Shown: positions 11,965-28,776 of the stretch, piece after piece
Position numbering within the stretch: position 1 is the stretch's first letter
Layout: the number at the start of each line of letters is the position of its first letter
Assembly: GCA_964016885.1 (NCBI GenBank)
Contig: OZ024743.1
Location: forward strand, 125,240,001 to 125,304,000
Direction: 5' to 3'
From: Eledone cirrhosa
Lineage: Eukaryota
DNA length: 64,000 nucleotides
Position numbers and translations under genes: made by a program
The notes under the pieces: generated by a model
Databases searched by the model: none
What the model was told of the DNA's origin: nothing
What the model saw: only the letters and a program-made list of their open reading frames with translations

Positions 11965-13705
11965 GTCGTTAGAATGTCAGATAGAATGCTTTATGGTATT
12001 CGTTCCGGCTCTCTGCTCTTGGAGTTCAAATCCCACCGAGGTCAACTTTGCCATTCATCCAATCGAGGTCGATAAAAAAAAGTACGAGTCTAGTACTGGG
12101 GTCGATTCTTCCTCTATATCATTTCCTCATATCCTCCCTTTGACTTTCTATCTTTCTCTGGAAGAAATCTGCTGTACTCAGGCCTGGAGAGGGATGGGCT
12201 CTGCCAGGCTTACAAATTGCCCAAGAAACGTCGTATGTCAATACAGCACCCATAAGATCGACATGATCTTCTCTGTACGCCAAGTGCAGGAGAAGTGTGT
12301 CGATCAGAACAATGGACCTCTTTGCCGTCTTCATAGACTTAACGAAGGCCTTCGACACTGTCAACCGGGAGGCCCTCTGGTCGATCCTGTCGAAGTTTGG
12401 ATGCCCGACAAAGTTCGTGAACCTGATACGGCAATTCCATGACGACATAACCGGACAGGTGCGCTCGGGCGGAGAGGCATCGGAGCCGTTCGGAATCACC
12501 AACGGCGTCAAGCAAGGATGCGTGCTGGCTCCCATCCTCTTTAACCTGTTCTTCACCTGCGTGCTCAATCATGCCGTCAGGGACCTCGAGTACGGAGTGT
12601 ATCTGCGATACAGATTGGATGGCTCCCTGTTTGACCTGCGGCGCCTGCCGGCCAAGACAAGGACCGTGCAGAGGATCGTCCTGGAGGCACTTTTTGCTGA
12701 CGACTGTGCCCTCATGGCTCACAGAGAGTCTGACCTCCAAGTCATCGTCAACAAGTTCGCGGAGGCCTCTGCATTGGTCTCACAATTAGCCATGGCAAGA
12801 CTGAGGTTTTGTTCCAGCCTGCACCTGCCTCCGTCGCCCACCCTTCTTCCATCTCCATTGGAGGCACCCAGCTAAAGACGGTGGACGACTTCAAGTACCT
12901 CGGCAGTGTCATCAGCAGCGATGGAAGCCTCGACAAGGAGATAAATGCCAGGATCTGCAAGGCCAGTCAAACCCTTGGCCGCCTGAGGACACGCGTCCTG
13001 AACCAGCACAACATTAGGCAGTCCACCAAGCTGAAGGTGTACAGGGCCGTTGTTCTCACCAGCCTCCTCTACGGATGTGAGACATGGACCCTGTACAGAA
13101 GGCACCTGAAGCAGCTGGAATGGTTCCACATGCGCAGCCTGCGGTCAATCATGAACATCAAATGGCAGGACAAGGTCTCCAACCTCGAAGTTCTTGACAT
13201 GGCTGAGACAACCAGTGTCGAAGCTATGATACTGAAGAGCCAACTTCGATGGGTGGGACATGTCATCTGGATGGACGATCACAGACTTCCGAAGCAACTG
13301 ATGTATGGGGAACTCTGTTCGGGGAATCGAAAGCGGGGCAGGCCTCTCCAGAGGTTCAAAGACTGCGTGAAGTCCAGTATCAACAACACTGGAATCGCCC
13401 CAAAACAACTCGAGTCCCATGCTTAGGACAGGACTAAGTGGCGAGCCATTACCAGACGCGCCAAAGACGGGCAGATGTCACTGAGGCCCGTGAAAGGAGG
13501 AGAAAAGCATCAACAGCTGCCCCAAGCGACTCCGGTCTCTTCCCCTGCCCCCACTGTCCCCGGACCTGCAAGTCAAGGATCGGCCTCCACAGCCACCTTC
13601 GTGCCCACGGCAGGCGGGAACTAAAATAAAGAAGATGTCATCATCGTTTACGATGGACAACCTAGAAAGACCCATAAGACTCTAACAGGAGTTATGGGAC
13701 CATAC
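11965..13705 (+). mobile_element. Related longer SINE split by the RTE insertion (11965-12257 + 13680-13705)
   Basis: An uninterrupted paralogue is at about 55864-56190. Confidence 0.75.
12258..13669 (+). mobile_element. RTE-clade (BovB-like) LINE, 5'-truncated, frameshifted RT
   Basis: DMIFSVRQVQEK, FIDLTKAFDTV, GVKQGCVLAPILFNLFF, LFADDCAL, FKYLGS, LLYGCETW and a C-terminal CPHC...HLRAH. TSD ACCCATAAGA at 12248-12257 and 13670-13679. Confidence 0.93.
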
Positions 13706-14343
13706 CATACTACTATACTCTATCATATATACAACACCATGTACTATATATACATTACCACACGTCATTTACTATACTCTCGTATTGTACCATTGTAGTA
13801 AGCAAAGGCACTACTTGCCGCGGCGGAGCAATTCGGTTGCGCTTGGTAAATCGCAGGGCCTCTAGACTGGCGGCGCAGAAATATCAAGAAACAACTTCCG
13901 CCCAGCTGGGGAAAATTCGCGCTTCTTTTTTTTTACTTCAGACAGTTGCTGCATTCACTTCGTGAAGTCAAGACCTATTTACGTTCCCGTGTCGATACTA
14001 GCAAGATGTAACACTAAAAAAGAAACTGTGGCCCTATAGGCAAGGGACCAACCTCTTTCTTCCAAAATTTCATTTTAGTTCAACTTACTCATGCGGCATG
14101 CCGGCAGTATTTTATTGTAATTTTTTACGGTTGAAAATAAACCCTTTGTAAAAATGTTTAAACAGCCTTCTGATAATTTCTGCCACCATTCAATCTGCAC
14201 ACATACTACAAATATTTCTTCTGACGTGATATAGGAAAATCATTTTTCCCAAGGTAATATCACTTCACACCCTAACAAGTGAGTACAATGTTTGTTCCCT
14301 TAAATAGGACATAGCTTCTCTCAACTTCACTTACTCACTTGCC

Positions 14344-14399
<56 letters not shown>

Positions 14400-14576
14400 C
14401 TATATTAAAGATTCATCTGCTAAAAGTGGCAACATCCAACTCAACCACATCTTTATCTGTTAAAGTGGTATATCAAGCTAGAACTCAGTAACATCTAACC
14501 AAACATCTTCTTCTGCTATAACATCTAAACATGTTTTACTGCTAAACCATGACTTGTGAGTGGAATAGAGTAGATG

Positions 14577-14696
14577 CAATGCCGGATTTAACATTGTGTT
14601 TAGATATGGTTAAACGTAGGCCCCCGTTAGCTTCAGGACCCAGTATGGGCTTCATAACTTACTAGCATGGCCTCATTTGTCCTAAATCCAGCACTG
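14577..14696. mobile_element. Small hAT-type MITE (related copy at 23058-23222)
   Basis: TIRs CA(A/G)TGCCGGATT...AATCC(A/G)GCACTG, shared internal GGCCTCATTTGTCCTAAATCC and degenerate 8-bp flanks. Confidence 0.6.
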
Positions 14697-15134
14697 GCTA
14701 GACGGTAACTATTTGGCAGTTTGTCAAATAGCCTACACCTGTAATTCAAAGACCCAGTCATATCACTCACATTGCCACGTTGAATCTCTCTGATAATTAC
14801 GTTAAGTGTACTCGTGTCTATGGATTGCTGAGCGACTTATACGATAATTTCATGAGCAGGCTGTTCGGTTAGGAACGTTAATATCATGTATGTATGTGTA
14901 GATGTTTATGCATGTGTGTATGTTTGAATACATGTGTGTAAATATGTGTGTAAATGCATGTGTGTCTGTGTATGTGTGTGTATGTGTGTGTACACGTTGT
15001 GTGTGTACACGTTGTGTGTGTGTCCGTCTATATGTATGTATGTGTATGTTCATATGTATATAGTTTGTGTGCATTTTATTAATTGTATATGTATATATGC
15101 ATGTGTGTGTGTGTGCGTGCACGCGAGTGTGTAT

Positions 15135-15170
<36 letters not shown>

Positions 15171-15524
15171 TTTGTATGCATCATTATGTATGTGTATGTC
15201 GGTATATATATGTGTGTCTGTGTGTATGTGAGTGTCTGTATCTGTCAGTATCTGTATATAACTATGTGTATGGGAGTATAAGTGCCTGTATGCTTATGGG
15301 TGTACGTGTGTGTATGAATGTATGTGTGTGTATCTGTATCTGTCTGTCTGTTTGTGTCTGTATGTGTCTGTGTGTCTCTGTGTGTGTCTGTGAGAGTCTG
15401 GGAGTATGTGTGTGTTTGTGAGGGTGACTGTGTAAGTGTATGTTCGTGTGCATGTGTGTCTGTGTTTGTGTCTGTACCTGTCTCTGTGTGTATGTGTCAA
15501 TGTGAGCCAGTATGTGTGTGTGTG

Positions 15525-17304
15525 CGCATGTTTGAGAGCGTGTGTGTGTGTGTGTACCTGTGTTTGTGAGCGTGTATGTGTGTGTGCGTGTGTTTGTGCA
15601 TGTGTATGTGCCTGGGAGTGTATATGTGTGTATGTTTGAGAGCGTGTGTGTGTGTGTGTACGTGTGTTTGTGAGCGTGTGTGTGTGTTTGTGCATGTGTA
15701 TGTGCCTGGGAGTGTATGTGTGTATGTTTGAGAGCGTGTGTGTGTGTGTGTACGTGTGTTTGTGAGGGTGTGTGTGTGTATGTGCGTGTGTTTGTGCATG
15801 TGTATGTGCCTGGGAGTGTATGTGTGTATGTTTGAGAGCGTGTGTGTGTGTGTGTGTACGTGTGTTTGTGAGCGTGTGTGTGTGTTTGTGCATGTGTATG
15901 TGCCTGGGAGTGTATGTGTGTATGTTTGAGAGCGTGTGTGTGTGTGTGTACGTGTGTTTGTGAGGGTGTGTGTGTGTATGTGCGTGTGTTTGTGCATGTG
16001 TATGTGCCTGGGAGTGTATGTGTGTATGTTTGAGAGCGTGTGTGTGTGTGTGTGTGTGTGTACGTGTGTTTGTGAGCGTGTGTGTGTGTTTGTGCATGTG
16101 TATGTGCCTGGGAGTGTATGTGTGTATGTTTGAGAGCGTGTGTGTGTGTGTGTGTGTGTGTACGTGTGTTTGTGAGCGTGTGTGTGTGTTTGTGCATGTG
16201 TATGTGCCTGGGAGTGTATGTGTGTATGTTTGAGAGCGTGTGTGTGTGTGTGTACGTGTGTTTGTGAGGGTGTGTGTGTGTATGTGCGTGTGTTTGTGCA
16301 TGTGTATGTGCCTGGGAGTGTATATGTGTGTATGTTTGAGAGCGTGTGTGTGTGTGTGTACGTGTGTTTGTGAGCGTGTGTGTGTGTTTGTGCATGTGTA
16401 TGTGCCTGGGAGTGTATGTGTGTATGTTTGAGAGCGTGTGTGTGTGTGTGTGTGTGTACGTGTGTTTGTGTGTGTGTGTGCGTGTGTTTGTGCATGTGTA
16501 TGTGCCTGGGAGTGTATGTGTGTATGTTTGAGAGCGTGTGTGTGTGTGTGTGTACGTGTGTTTGTGAGCGTGTGTGTGTGTTTGTGCATGTGTATGTGCC
16601 TGGGAGTGTATGTGTGTATGTTTGAGAGCGTGTGTGTGCGTGTGTGTGTGTACGTGTGTTTGTGAGCGTGTGTGTGTGTTTGTGCATGTGTATGTGCCTG
16701 GGAGTGTATGTGTGTATGTTTGAGAGCGTGTGTGTGTGTGTGTACGTGTGTTTGTGAGGGTGTGTGTGTGTATGTGCGTGTGTTTGTGCATGTGTATGTG
16801 CCTGGGAGTGTATATGTGTGTATGTTTGAGAGCGTGTGTGTGTGTGTGTACGTGTGTTTGTGAGCGTGTGTGTGTGTTTGTGCATGTGTATGTGCCTGGG
16901 AGTGTATGTGTGTATGTTTGAGAGCGTGTGTGTGTGTGTGTGTGTACGTGTGTTTGTGTGTGTGTGTGCGTGTGTTTGTGCATGTGTATGTGCCTGGGAG
17001 TGTATGTGTGTATGTTTGAGAGCGTGTGTGTGTGTGTGTGTGTGTACGTGTGTTTGTGTGTGTGTGTGCGTGTGTTTGTGCATGTGTATGTGCCTGGGAG
17101 TGTATGTGTGTATGTTTGAGAGCGTGTGTGTGTGTGTGTGTACGTGTGTTTGTGAGCGTGTGTGTGTGTTTGTGCATGTGTATGTGCCTGGGAGTGTATG
17201 TGTGTATGTTTGAGAGCGTGTGTGTGTGTGTACGTGTGTTTGTGAGCGTGTGTGTGTGTTTGTGCATGTGTATGTGCCTGGGAGTGTATGTGTGTATGTT
17301 TGAG

Positions 17305-17341
<37 letters not shown>

Positions 17342-17380
17342 GTATGTACCTGGGAGTGTATGTGTGTATGTTTGAGTGTG
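15525..17380. repeat. TG-rich ~95-105 bp minisatellite
   Basis: About 19 copies of the anchor GCCTGGGAGTGTATGTGTGTATGTTTGAGAGCG. Confidence 0.95.
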
Positions 17381-17819
17381 CGTGTGGGCCTGTCTGTGTT
17401 TCAACCCCCCCCCCCCCCCCCTCGTATGTAAATGAGGGTTTTGTGTAAAATATTTGCACAGTGAAGTTGTCACTCGTTGGTCAACAATCGAGCTTGGCCT
17501 TTCCTCGTCAGACGTGACTCCTGGCCAGTTTCTCCGGTAAATAGCCATCTCGCCAAATAGCCGCTACCTCCAGGCCAATTGCACGGCATGTCTGCACGTA
17601 CTTAGCTATGCCACTCAGTGCTTCTTGTGCTCGCCCATTCTACATCCACCATCGCCACTAACGTACACCCATCACCAATAAAACCACTGCCACTAACTAC
17701 TACTACTACCAGCTCAACCATCACCACCACTAACATGACCAACAAAAGTACTGCCATCAAAGCCACTACCATCAACACCACCGGCACCGCAACCCCACTA
17801 CCAGCCTCATCAACACCAC

Positions 17820-19560
17820 ACGATCGCGACCGCCACCATCGCAACCAACACCACAACCATCAACACCATCGCGACCGCCACCATCGCGACCGCCACCATC
17901 GCGACCGCCACCATCGCGAGCGCCACCATCGCAACCACCATCACAACCACCAACACCACCGCAACCACCAACACCATCGCGACCGCCACCATCGCAACCG
18001 CCACCACAACCACCAACACCATCGCAACTGCCACCACAACCACCAACACCATCGCAACCACCAACACCATCGTGACCGCCACCATCGCAACCACCACCAC
18101 AACCATCAACACCATCGTGACCGCCACCACAACCACCAACACCATCGCGACCGCCACCATCGCGACCACCACCACAACCACCAACACCATCGTGACTGCC
18201 ACCATCGCGACCGCCACCATCGCAACCACCACCAACACAAACACCATCGCGACCGCCACCATCGCGACCACCACCACAACCACCAACACCATCGCGACTG
18301 CCACCATCGCAACCACCAACACCATCGCGACCGCCACCATCGCAACCACCACCACCACAACCACCAACACCATCGCGACCGCCACCATCGCGACCGCCAC
18401 CATCGCAACCACCAACACCATCGCGACCGCCACCATCGCGACCACCACCACAACCACCAACACCATCGCGACCGCCACCATCGCGACCACCACCACAACC
18501 ACCAACACCATCGTGACCGTCACCATCGCGACCACCACCACAACCACCAACACCATCGCGACTGCCACCATCGTGACCGCCACCATCGCAACCACCAACA
18601 CCATCGCGACCGCCACCATCGCAACCACCACCACCACAACCACCAACACCATCGTGACCGCCACCATCGCGACCACCACCACAACCACCAACACCATCGC
18701 GACCGCCACCATCGCGACCGCCACCATCGCAACCACCAACACCATCGCGACTGCCACCATCGCGACCGCCACCATCGCAACCACCAACACCATCGCGACC
18801 GACACCATCGCAACCACCACCACCACAACCACCAACACCAACGCGACCGCCACCATCGCGACCGCCACCATCGCAACCACCAACACCATCGCGACCGCCA
18901 CCATCGCGACCACCACCACAACCACCAACACCATCGCGACCGCCACCATCGCGACCACCACCACAACCACCAACACCATCGTGACCGCCACCATCGCGAC
19001 CACCACCACAACCACCAACACCATCGCGACTGCCACCATCGTGACCGCCACCATCGCAACCACCAACACCATCGCGACCGCCACCATCGCAACCACCACC
19101 ACCACAACCACCAACACCATCGTGACCGCCACCATCGCGACCACCACCACAACCACCAACACCATCGCGACCGCCACCATCGCGACCGCCACCATCGCAA
19201 CCACCAACACCATCGCGACTGCCACCATCGCGACCGCCACCATCGCAACCACCAACACCATCGCGACCGCCACCATCGCAACCACCACCACCACAACCAC
19301 CAACACCATCGCGACCGCCACCATCGTGACCACCACCACAACCACCAACACCATCGCAACCGCCACCATCGCAACCGCCACCACAACTACCAACACCATC
19401 GCAACTACCACCACAACCACCAACACCACCACAACCACCAACACCATCGCGAGCGCCACCATCGCAACAACCACCACAACCACCAACACCATCGCGACCG
19501 CCACCATCGCAACCACCACCACAACCACCGCCACCCTCGCGACCACCGTTATCACCACCG
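17820..19560. repeat. CpG-rich triplet-phased minisatellite (ACCATCGCG/ACCGCC/ACCACAACC modules)
   Basis: Seen directly, with higher-order block duplications. It is open in several frames on both strands. Confidence 0.92.
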
Positions 19561-19697
19561 TCGTTACCACAACTCCTATTAACATACACCCACGACCAAC
19601 AAAACCACTATCTTACCACGACCACAATAAACAACAACGCCACCTCAACTAACTCTACTAACAAAAACTGAGACAAAAAAATCCACTATCTTACTAC

Positions 19698-20670
19698 CTC
19701 GAGTGCCTTCAGGCGCTCACAGCCCTCTACCGAGCGGAAACGGCAATCAGCGGAGACTCCACTTCGACATTCTATAAGGGATTAGTGGAGGATAAGTGTC
19801 ACGACGTTCTCGGGGAAACTCTAGGCATCGAGGAGGACGAACTAATCAGTCTGTTCGGGAGGACTTTCTGTCCAGGGCCTATGGATAACTTCCAGAGGTC
19901 TGTGGCCTGGCAGTGCTACTGAGGAGCTCTACCAGTTCGAGACAAAATCTACAGGCACGGATGCCCTGTCAGAGATCCTGCCAAAAAGACCTGTCCAAGA
20001 TGCGAGCAGGACATCGAAACCGTTCTGCACACAATTGTTCAGTGCCCTGGGGTGACCGACCCGTGGAATTATGTCGAACAGCTACTGTCACGTGTGGGAC
20101 GTATCCAGTTGTCAGCCGAGTCCATCGTGAGGATCACTCCGCCGCCTTCATTTAAGAATGAAGGAGAGGCGGTTTTCCTCTGTCTGGTGGCTATGGCGAA
20201 AGAGGTAATATGGTGGACGAGGTTAAAAGGACTGGGGGCAAACACCTTTCTCTCCGGACAACAACTCATCCCCTTCTTTAAGTACCACTTCAGAAGGAAG
20301 GTGAGAGTGGAGAGAGAGGTGCTACACCCCAGTAGATTCGCTGATAGGTGGGTGAATGTGACAAAAATGGCCCGAGTGAGTGGGCCTTCTCTGTATATAA
20401 ACCTGTAGGTTGATGAAGATAAACAGAGGGAAGACGGTAACACCTACAAAACGTGTTCCTCGTGTTGAGGTTTGTTCTATCCACGGGGTGTAAAACAACC
20501 CTACTGTAACGTCGTCGTCGTCGTCTCCCCCCGCCAATGGGGACTTTGATTGTTTTATTTTATATATAGTTTATTGTTATTCATCATTGTTAAAGATGTT
20601 ATGTAAAACCCCCGCCGTCACAGCTTGTAATGTCGCATTTTTGTACGCCCCTGTGGCAAATAAAGAACGA
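19698..20670 (+). mobile_element. L1/Tx1-type LINE 3' fragment (zf-RVT C-terminus + 3' UTR)
   Basis: W..Y*GALPV...CPRCEQDIETVLHTIVQCP...W...AKEVIWWTR. AATAAA lies at the 3' end. TSD TATCTTAC(T/C)AC at 19687-19697 and 20671-20681. Confidence 0.85.
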
Positions 20671-20822
20671 TATCTTACCACGACTACAACAAACAACAAC
20701 GCCACCTCAACTAACTCTACCAACAGTACTGAGACCAACACCAATAACACCAACATGATCACTATCACCACCAACACCAACACTGCCTCCAACAGTGCTA
20801 CCAACGCCAACACCACCAACAC

Positions 20823-21036
20823 CAGGCATGTGAAACTGAGTCCCCCGAGGGCCACATGGAACACATACGTGTTGTCTGAGGGCCACACACAACTAATTGC
20901 GAACATTACAACTAATTTTTTTCAATCTTATATTACGAAAATAAAACATCTCGCGCTTTAAAAACGTTTGAGCGGGCCGCAGGTGTGCTTGTAAAGGGTC
21001 GCATGCGGCCCGCGAGCTGCATGTTTGATATGTCTG
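20823..21036. mobile_element. hAT (Charlie-type) MITE
   Basis: TIRs CAGGCATGTGAAAC / GTTTGATATGTCTG and a perfect 8-bp TSD ACCAACAC. Confidence 0.85.
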
Positions 21037-21369
21037 ACCAACACCACCATTACCAGCACCAATAACACCAACATCAATACCAACAGTTGCCTATCTCGTC
21101 GTTATTACCATCACAATCACCATCATCACCGTCAACACAACTAACACTGACACCAGCAACACCAGTACCAATAATACCACTACTGCGAACACAGACAACC
21201 CCATCACCACCACAACCACAATACCACCTACACCCCATCCCAATATCCACCCCATTTCTATCACCAGCAGTAGCACCAATCCTACTGGTATTAACATAAT
21301 CACTAAACATATCCTTACTAATACCATCAACACCACCATACCGACCACCCACCACCATAGGCACTGAGC

Positions 21370-21660
21370 TGGCTACTCCCAGGTGTTCTTCCATCGCATC
21401 TCCCTCACCATCCTCCGGGGAAACGTCTTCTCTATTCTGTCCGCGAGGGCCGTGGATCGGCCAACGTATGGGGTCCCATTTTCTCATAATAGTTGTTTCT
21501 ACTTTGGGCACAAGGCCAGCAATCAAGCAGTACATTGCTGGTACATTATTTTATCGACACTGTAAGGATGAATAGTGAGAGATGGGGTGGGTGAAAGAGA
21601 CGGGGGCGATGACAGTGGCAGTTCGGCTCCTCTGTGGTCGAACCTGGTGTACGTATGTGT
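21370..21660. repeat. Unclassified interspersed repeat containing a SINE fragment (~21490-21570)
   Basis: Inverted, diverged homologue at about 56420-56600. Confidence 0.55.
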
Positions 21661-22446
21661 GTACGTTCACTTCTATTCATTCGATATGAGAGTATAAAAA
21701 TAATTATTTTATATTCACACGCCACCACCCTTCTACCAATCCTGCCTGCATTACAGTTAATCAACGGGTCATGAAAGCCTCAATGTGGTTGTTCGAATTA
21801 CTAGAAATAATAACTAAATTTCTTGAGCTTCAATAGAGCAGATGGAAAATACCTCGGGGTAAAGGATGCTTCTTTAAATATACACATAACTGAGATTATC
21901 CACGCAATTAGTAAAGCAAAGTTCCGTTTTGAGTATTCAAAGGTTTAAAACAGCACACAAGGGGGAAATAACTCCTATAAGATCATTTGATCAAAATTAT
22001 TGGAAGCCACAAGAATGGGGTGGATTTAGACTTTAAAGCCAGCTGGTAAATGTAACGGACATGATTCGGTCATATTACACCTTCTCGACGAAGTATACTC
22101 TGCTAGTTTAACAACTCGCTAGATGACATGTGTGAGACCTTACTCTATAGATATTAGACGCACTTTGGTTTTACTAAAAAAAAAGACGGATTGATAACGG
22201 CTCTGGTGATCTGGAGCTAAACAACAGTCATGTTACTGCAGCAGTCTCTATGTGGTCATTCAAACTGCAAAAAATAGCTGCCAAAAATATTAATATATAC
22301 AGGCTGTTCCCAAAAAATGTATGCAGACTTTAATTACCCGTGCAGGCAATATCTATTAGAATGCACAGCATTTCCCAAAAATAAAATGATCTACACACAT
22401 AATTTAATTGCATGTAAACACCCACAAATGTTTACATAATTTAAAT

Positions 22447-22791
22447 AATTGTTTCTACTTTTGGCACAAGGCCAACAAATATCCAGTGCATTACTGGTAC
22501 TTTATTTTATCGACCACGTAAGGATGAAAGGCAAAGTTAACCTCGGCGGGATTTGAACTCAGAATATAAAGGGCCATAACTCTATGCTGCAAAGCATGGT
22601 GTCTGACATTCTGCCGATACTACCAATCCAATACCTTAATAACTGTTTCTACTTTTTGCACAAGGCCAACAATTACTCCATTGCATTACTGGTACTTTAT
22701 TTTATCGACCCCGTAAGGATGAAAAGCAAAGTTAACCTCGGCGGGATTTGAACTCAGAATTGCAAGAGCCGTAACTCTATGCGTCAAAGCA
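22447..22791 (-). mobile_element. Tandem SINE pair
   Basis: Same SINE consensus as 147-333. Confidence 0.85.
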
Positions 22792-23289
22792 AATGCCTAT
22801 AAAACAGAATTCATTTTAATACATTGAAGTGTGTATACATTTTTTTTTTTGTTGGGGGGACACCCTGTATTGCAACTCATAACGCATAAAACACAATCGC
22901 AACCCAATAAAATAACGGGATTTATGTAGTACATATTCTACACAACAAATAGATGAGACACTAAAATAACAACAGGAACAACAAAACCTGACAACAAAGT
23001 TAATGTAATATACAACACAGTTCTGCAAACCCCCGCCCCAATACAATGATTCATACACAGTGCCGGATTGATCATTATGCTGAGGTGTGCTCAATCACAG
23101 GGCCCCGTTGGCCAGGGGGCCTATCTTCCTGACAGAAAAATTGTTTACTCCCTTCAGGGCCCAAATAAGGGGCCTCATAACTTAACTAGCACAGGGCCTC
23201 ATTTGTCCTAAATCCGGCACTGTTTACACACCTGAGACACAGTGTTGTACCTACTGCAGTAGAAGCTCGCGTGAATCTGCTGAAAATAT

Positions 23290-24296
<1,007 letters not shown>

Positions 24297-24356
24297 ATAA
24301 ATATATACAAAAGTGAGTTACAAACGAAACGAAATTTAATTTCGTTTCGTTATTTG

Positions 24357-24713
<357 letters not shown>

Positions 24714-24715
24714 AC

Positions 24716-24845
<130 letters not shown>

Positions 24846-25104
24846 CGTTTCTGAATTTGTTTAGCAAGATTCTTTATCTGAAAACGTGTGTTGAAACCGA
24901 AATTGTTATACTTTGGGAGGGTCATGTTGCCAATAAGAAACACACGCACCAGTTTTTTTACTTCAATTTATTATAATAAATTTATAAATTCCTAAATTTA
25001 TAAATATATTATAATAAATTGAAATGAAAGCAACTGGTGCGTGTGTTTCTTATTGGCAACATGACCCTCCCGAAGTGTAACAATATATATATATATATAT
25101 AGAT

Positions 25105-25189
<85 letters not shown>

Positions 25190-25253
25190 TATATCTATAT
25201 ATATATATATACATATACATATACATATATATACATATACATATACATATATA

Positions 25254-25317
<64 letters not shown>

Positions 25318-25395
25318 CATATATATACATATACATATACATATATGTGTACATATATATATATACATATATGTATACATATATATATACATGTG

Positions 25396-25487
<92 letters not shown>

Positions 25488-25522
25488 CATATATATATAC
25501 ATATATACATATATATATATAT

Positions 25523-26250
25523 ATGAAAGACGTTAATAAGAAAGTTATGAAAATTGACTTACTTACTAAAATTTCACTCCAACTAATTAGTTTCTGTAAG
25601 GGGATAAATATAGTTACGTAATATAACTATAGAGAAGCCTTACGTCATCAGGGAGTCTATTCTCAGCTAAGCTTCCAGGCAATGCGAGGACACTGGGAAG
25701 TTATATAAAAATAATTCAGTGGATGGAAAAAAGTGAGCGGGGCTAGATTCCAAGACATTGAAAAATTCACTGCCTACTTGGTCAAGTGGCAAATTCAAAA
25801 GAATCAATCACGTGACACTGAGGTTAATCAGCTAGGAGTGGGGTGCTATTAAGACAGAGGCTAGCCACTACTATCAGTCACAGTAGTAATTTCGGCATAT
25901 TTTGCTCAACAAATAATTTGGAGATAATTATAAAGAATTAATATATCTACCGACATATGTATACAGATGCATACCTATGCTAGCAAATATATGTTTTGTC
26001 TTAGTAACTTTGTGGTTCTATGCAGGGGGATGCAGAACAATTATATGAAAGACGCAAATAAGTAAGTTATGAAAATTGACTTACTTACTACAATTTCACT
26101 CCAACTAATTTGTTTCTGTAAGGGGATAATTAAAGTTACGTAATATAACTATAGAGAAGCCTTACGTCATCAGGGAGTCTATTCTCAGCTAAGCTTCCAG
26201 GCAATGCGGGGACACTGGGAACTTATGTAAAAATAATTCAGTGGATGGAA
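25523..26250 (-). mobile_element. Retrozyme-like non-autonomous element: ~200-bp direct repeats 522 bp apart, each with an HHR
   Basis: 25523-25728 matches 26045-26250. There is no meaningful ORF, and (TA)n flanks both sides. Confidence 0.75.
25576..25656 (-). ncRNA. Type I hammerhead ribozyme (second copy at 26098-26178)
   Basis: On -: actcc-CTGATGA-cgtaagg...ccttaca-GAAA-ctaattag-TT-ggagt. Confidence 0.78.
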
Positions 26251-26266
26251 ATACATATATATATAA

Positions 26267-26373
<107 letters not shown>

Positions 26374-26374
26374 T

Positions 26375-26409
<35 letters not shown>

Positions 26410-26483
26410 TGTATATATATGTATATATACATATATATATATGTATATATATATACATATGTATATATACATATATATAGATA

Positions 26484-26536
<53 letters not shown>

Positions 26537-26647
26537 TAGGTATATTAGGTATAGGATTATCCAACGTGTAGTACCACCGTCGAAACACTTGTAAGCACAC
26601 GGAATAAATTACCTTTTTATGATGTCTACCTGTTATTATTCATTCTT

Positions 26648-26678
<31 letters not shown>

Positions 26679-26680
26679 GT

Positions 26681-27020
<340 letters not shown>

Positions 27021-27050
27021 TTATACATATATATATATACATATACATAT

Positions 27051-27084
<34 letters not shown>

Positions 27085-27101
27085 ATATATATACATATAC
27101 A

Positions 27102-27165
<64 letters not shown>

Positions 27166-27180
27166 CATATATATATATAT

Positions 27181-27260
<80 letters not shown>

Positions 27261-27311
27261 ACATATATATATGTATGTATATATATATCTATATATATAT
27301 ATATGTATACA

Positions 27312-27395
<84 letters not shown>

Positions 27396-27396
27396 T

Positions 27397-27493
<97 letters not shown>

Positions 27494-27967
27494 CCTCAAT
27501 GTGGTTGTTCGAATTACTAGAAATAATAACTAAATTTCTTGAGCTTCAATAGAGCAGATGGAAAATACCTCGGGGTAAAGGATGCTTCTTTAAATATACA
27601 CATAACTGAGATTATCCACGCAATTAGTAAAGCAAAGTTCCGTTTTGAGTATTCAAAGGTTTAAAACAGCACACAAGGGGGAAATAACTCCTATAAGATC
27701 ATTTGATCAAAATTATTGGAAACCACAAGAATGGGGTGGATTTAGTCTTTAAAGCCAGCTGGTAAATGTAACGGACATGATTCGGTCATATTACAACTTC
27801 TCGACGAAGTATACTCTGCTAGTTTAACAAGTCGCTAGATGACATGCTAGGTCATTTCTATGTTTACCTATTATTCTAATTTCTATACTGTCTATGTCAC
27901 CGTAGTCTTATTGTCTGGCATGTTCGTATAGTATATATCAATATTCGTGTGAATCTGCTGAAAATAT

Positions 27968-28137
<170 letters not shown>

Positions 28138-28145
28138 TATGTATA

Positions 28146-28208
<63 letters not shown>

Positions 28209-28233
28209 ATGTATATATATAAATATATATGTT

Positions 28234-28367
<134 letters not shown>

Positions 28368-28390
28368 CATATATATGTATACATATATAC

Positions 28391-28421
<31 letters not shown>

Positions 28422-28422
28422 C

Positions 28423-28465
<43 letters not shown>

Positions 28466-28485
28466 CATATATATATATGTATATG

Positions 28486-28516
<31 letters not shown>

Positions 28517-28523
28517 GTATATG

Positions 28524-28635
<112 letters not shown>

Positions 28636-28662
28636 TACGCATATATACATATATATATATAC

Positions 28663-28776
<114 letters not shown>

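Noticed and set aside
10728-14340. Possible 5'-UTR exon (10728-10824) and GC-rich promoter-like patch (13815-13925)
   Set aside because: Only isolated splice-like and CpG motifs, with no coding or transcript support visible.
17618-19652. His/Arg-rich or mucin-like Thr-rich protein gene
   Set aside because: A triplet-phased minisatellite open in several frames on both strands. The surrounding ACC-rich tract is interrupted by an L1 fragment and a MITE, and there is no splice evidence.
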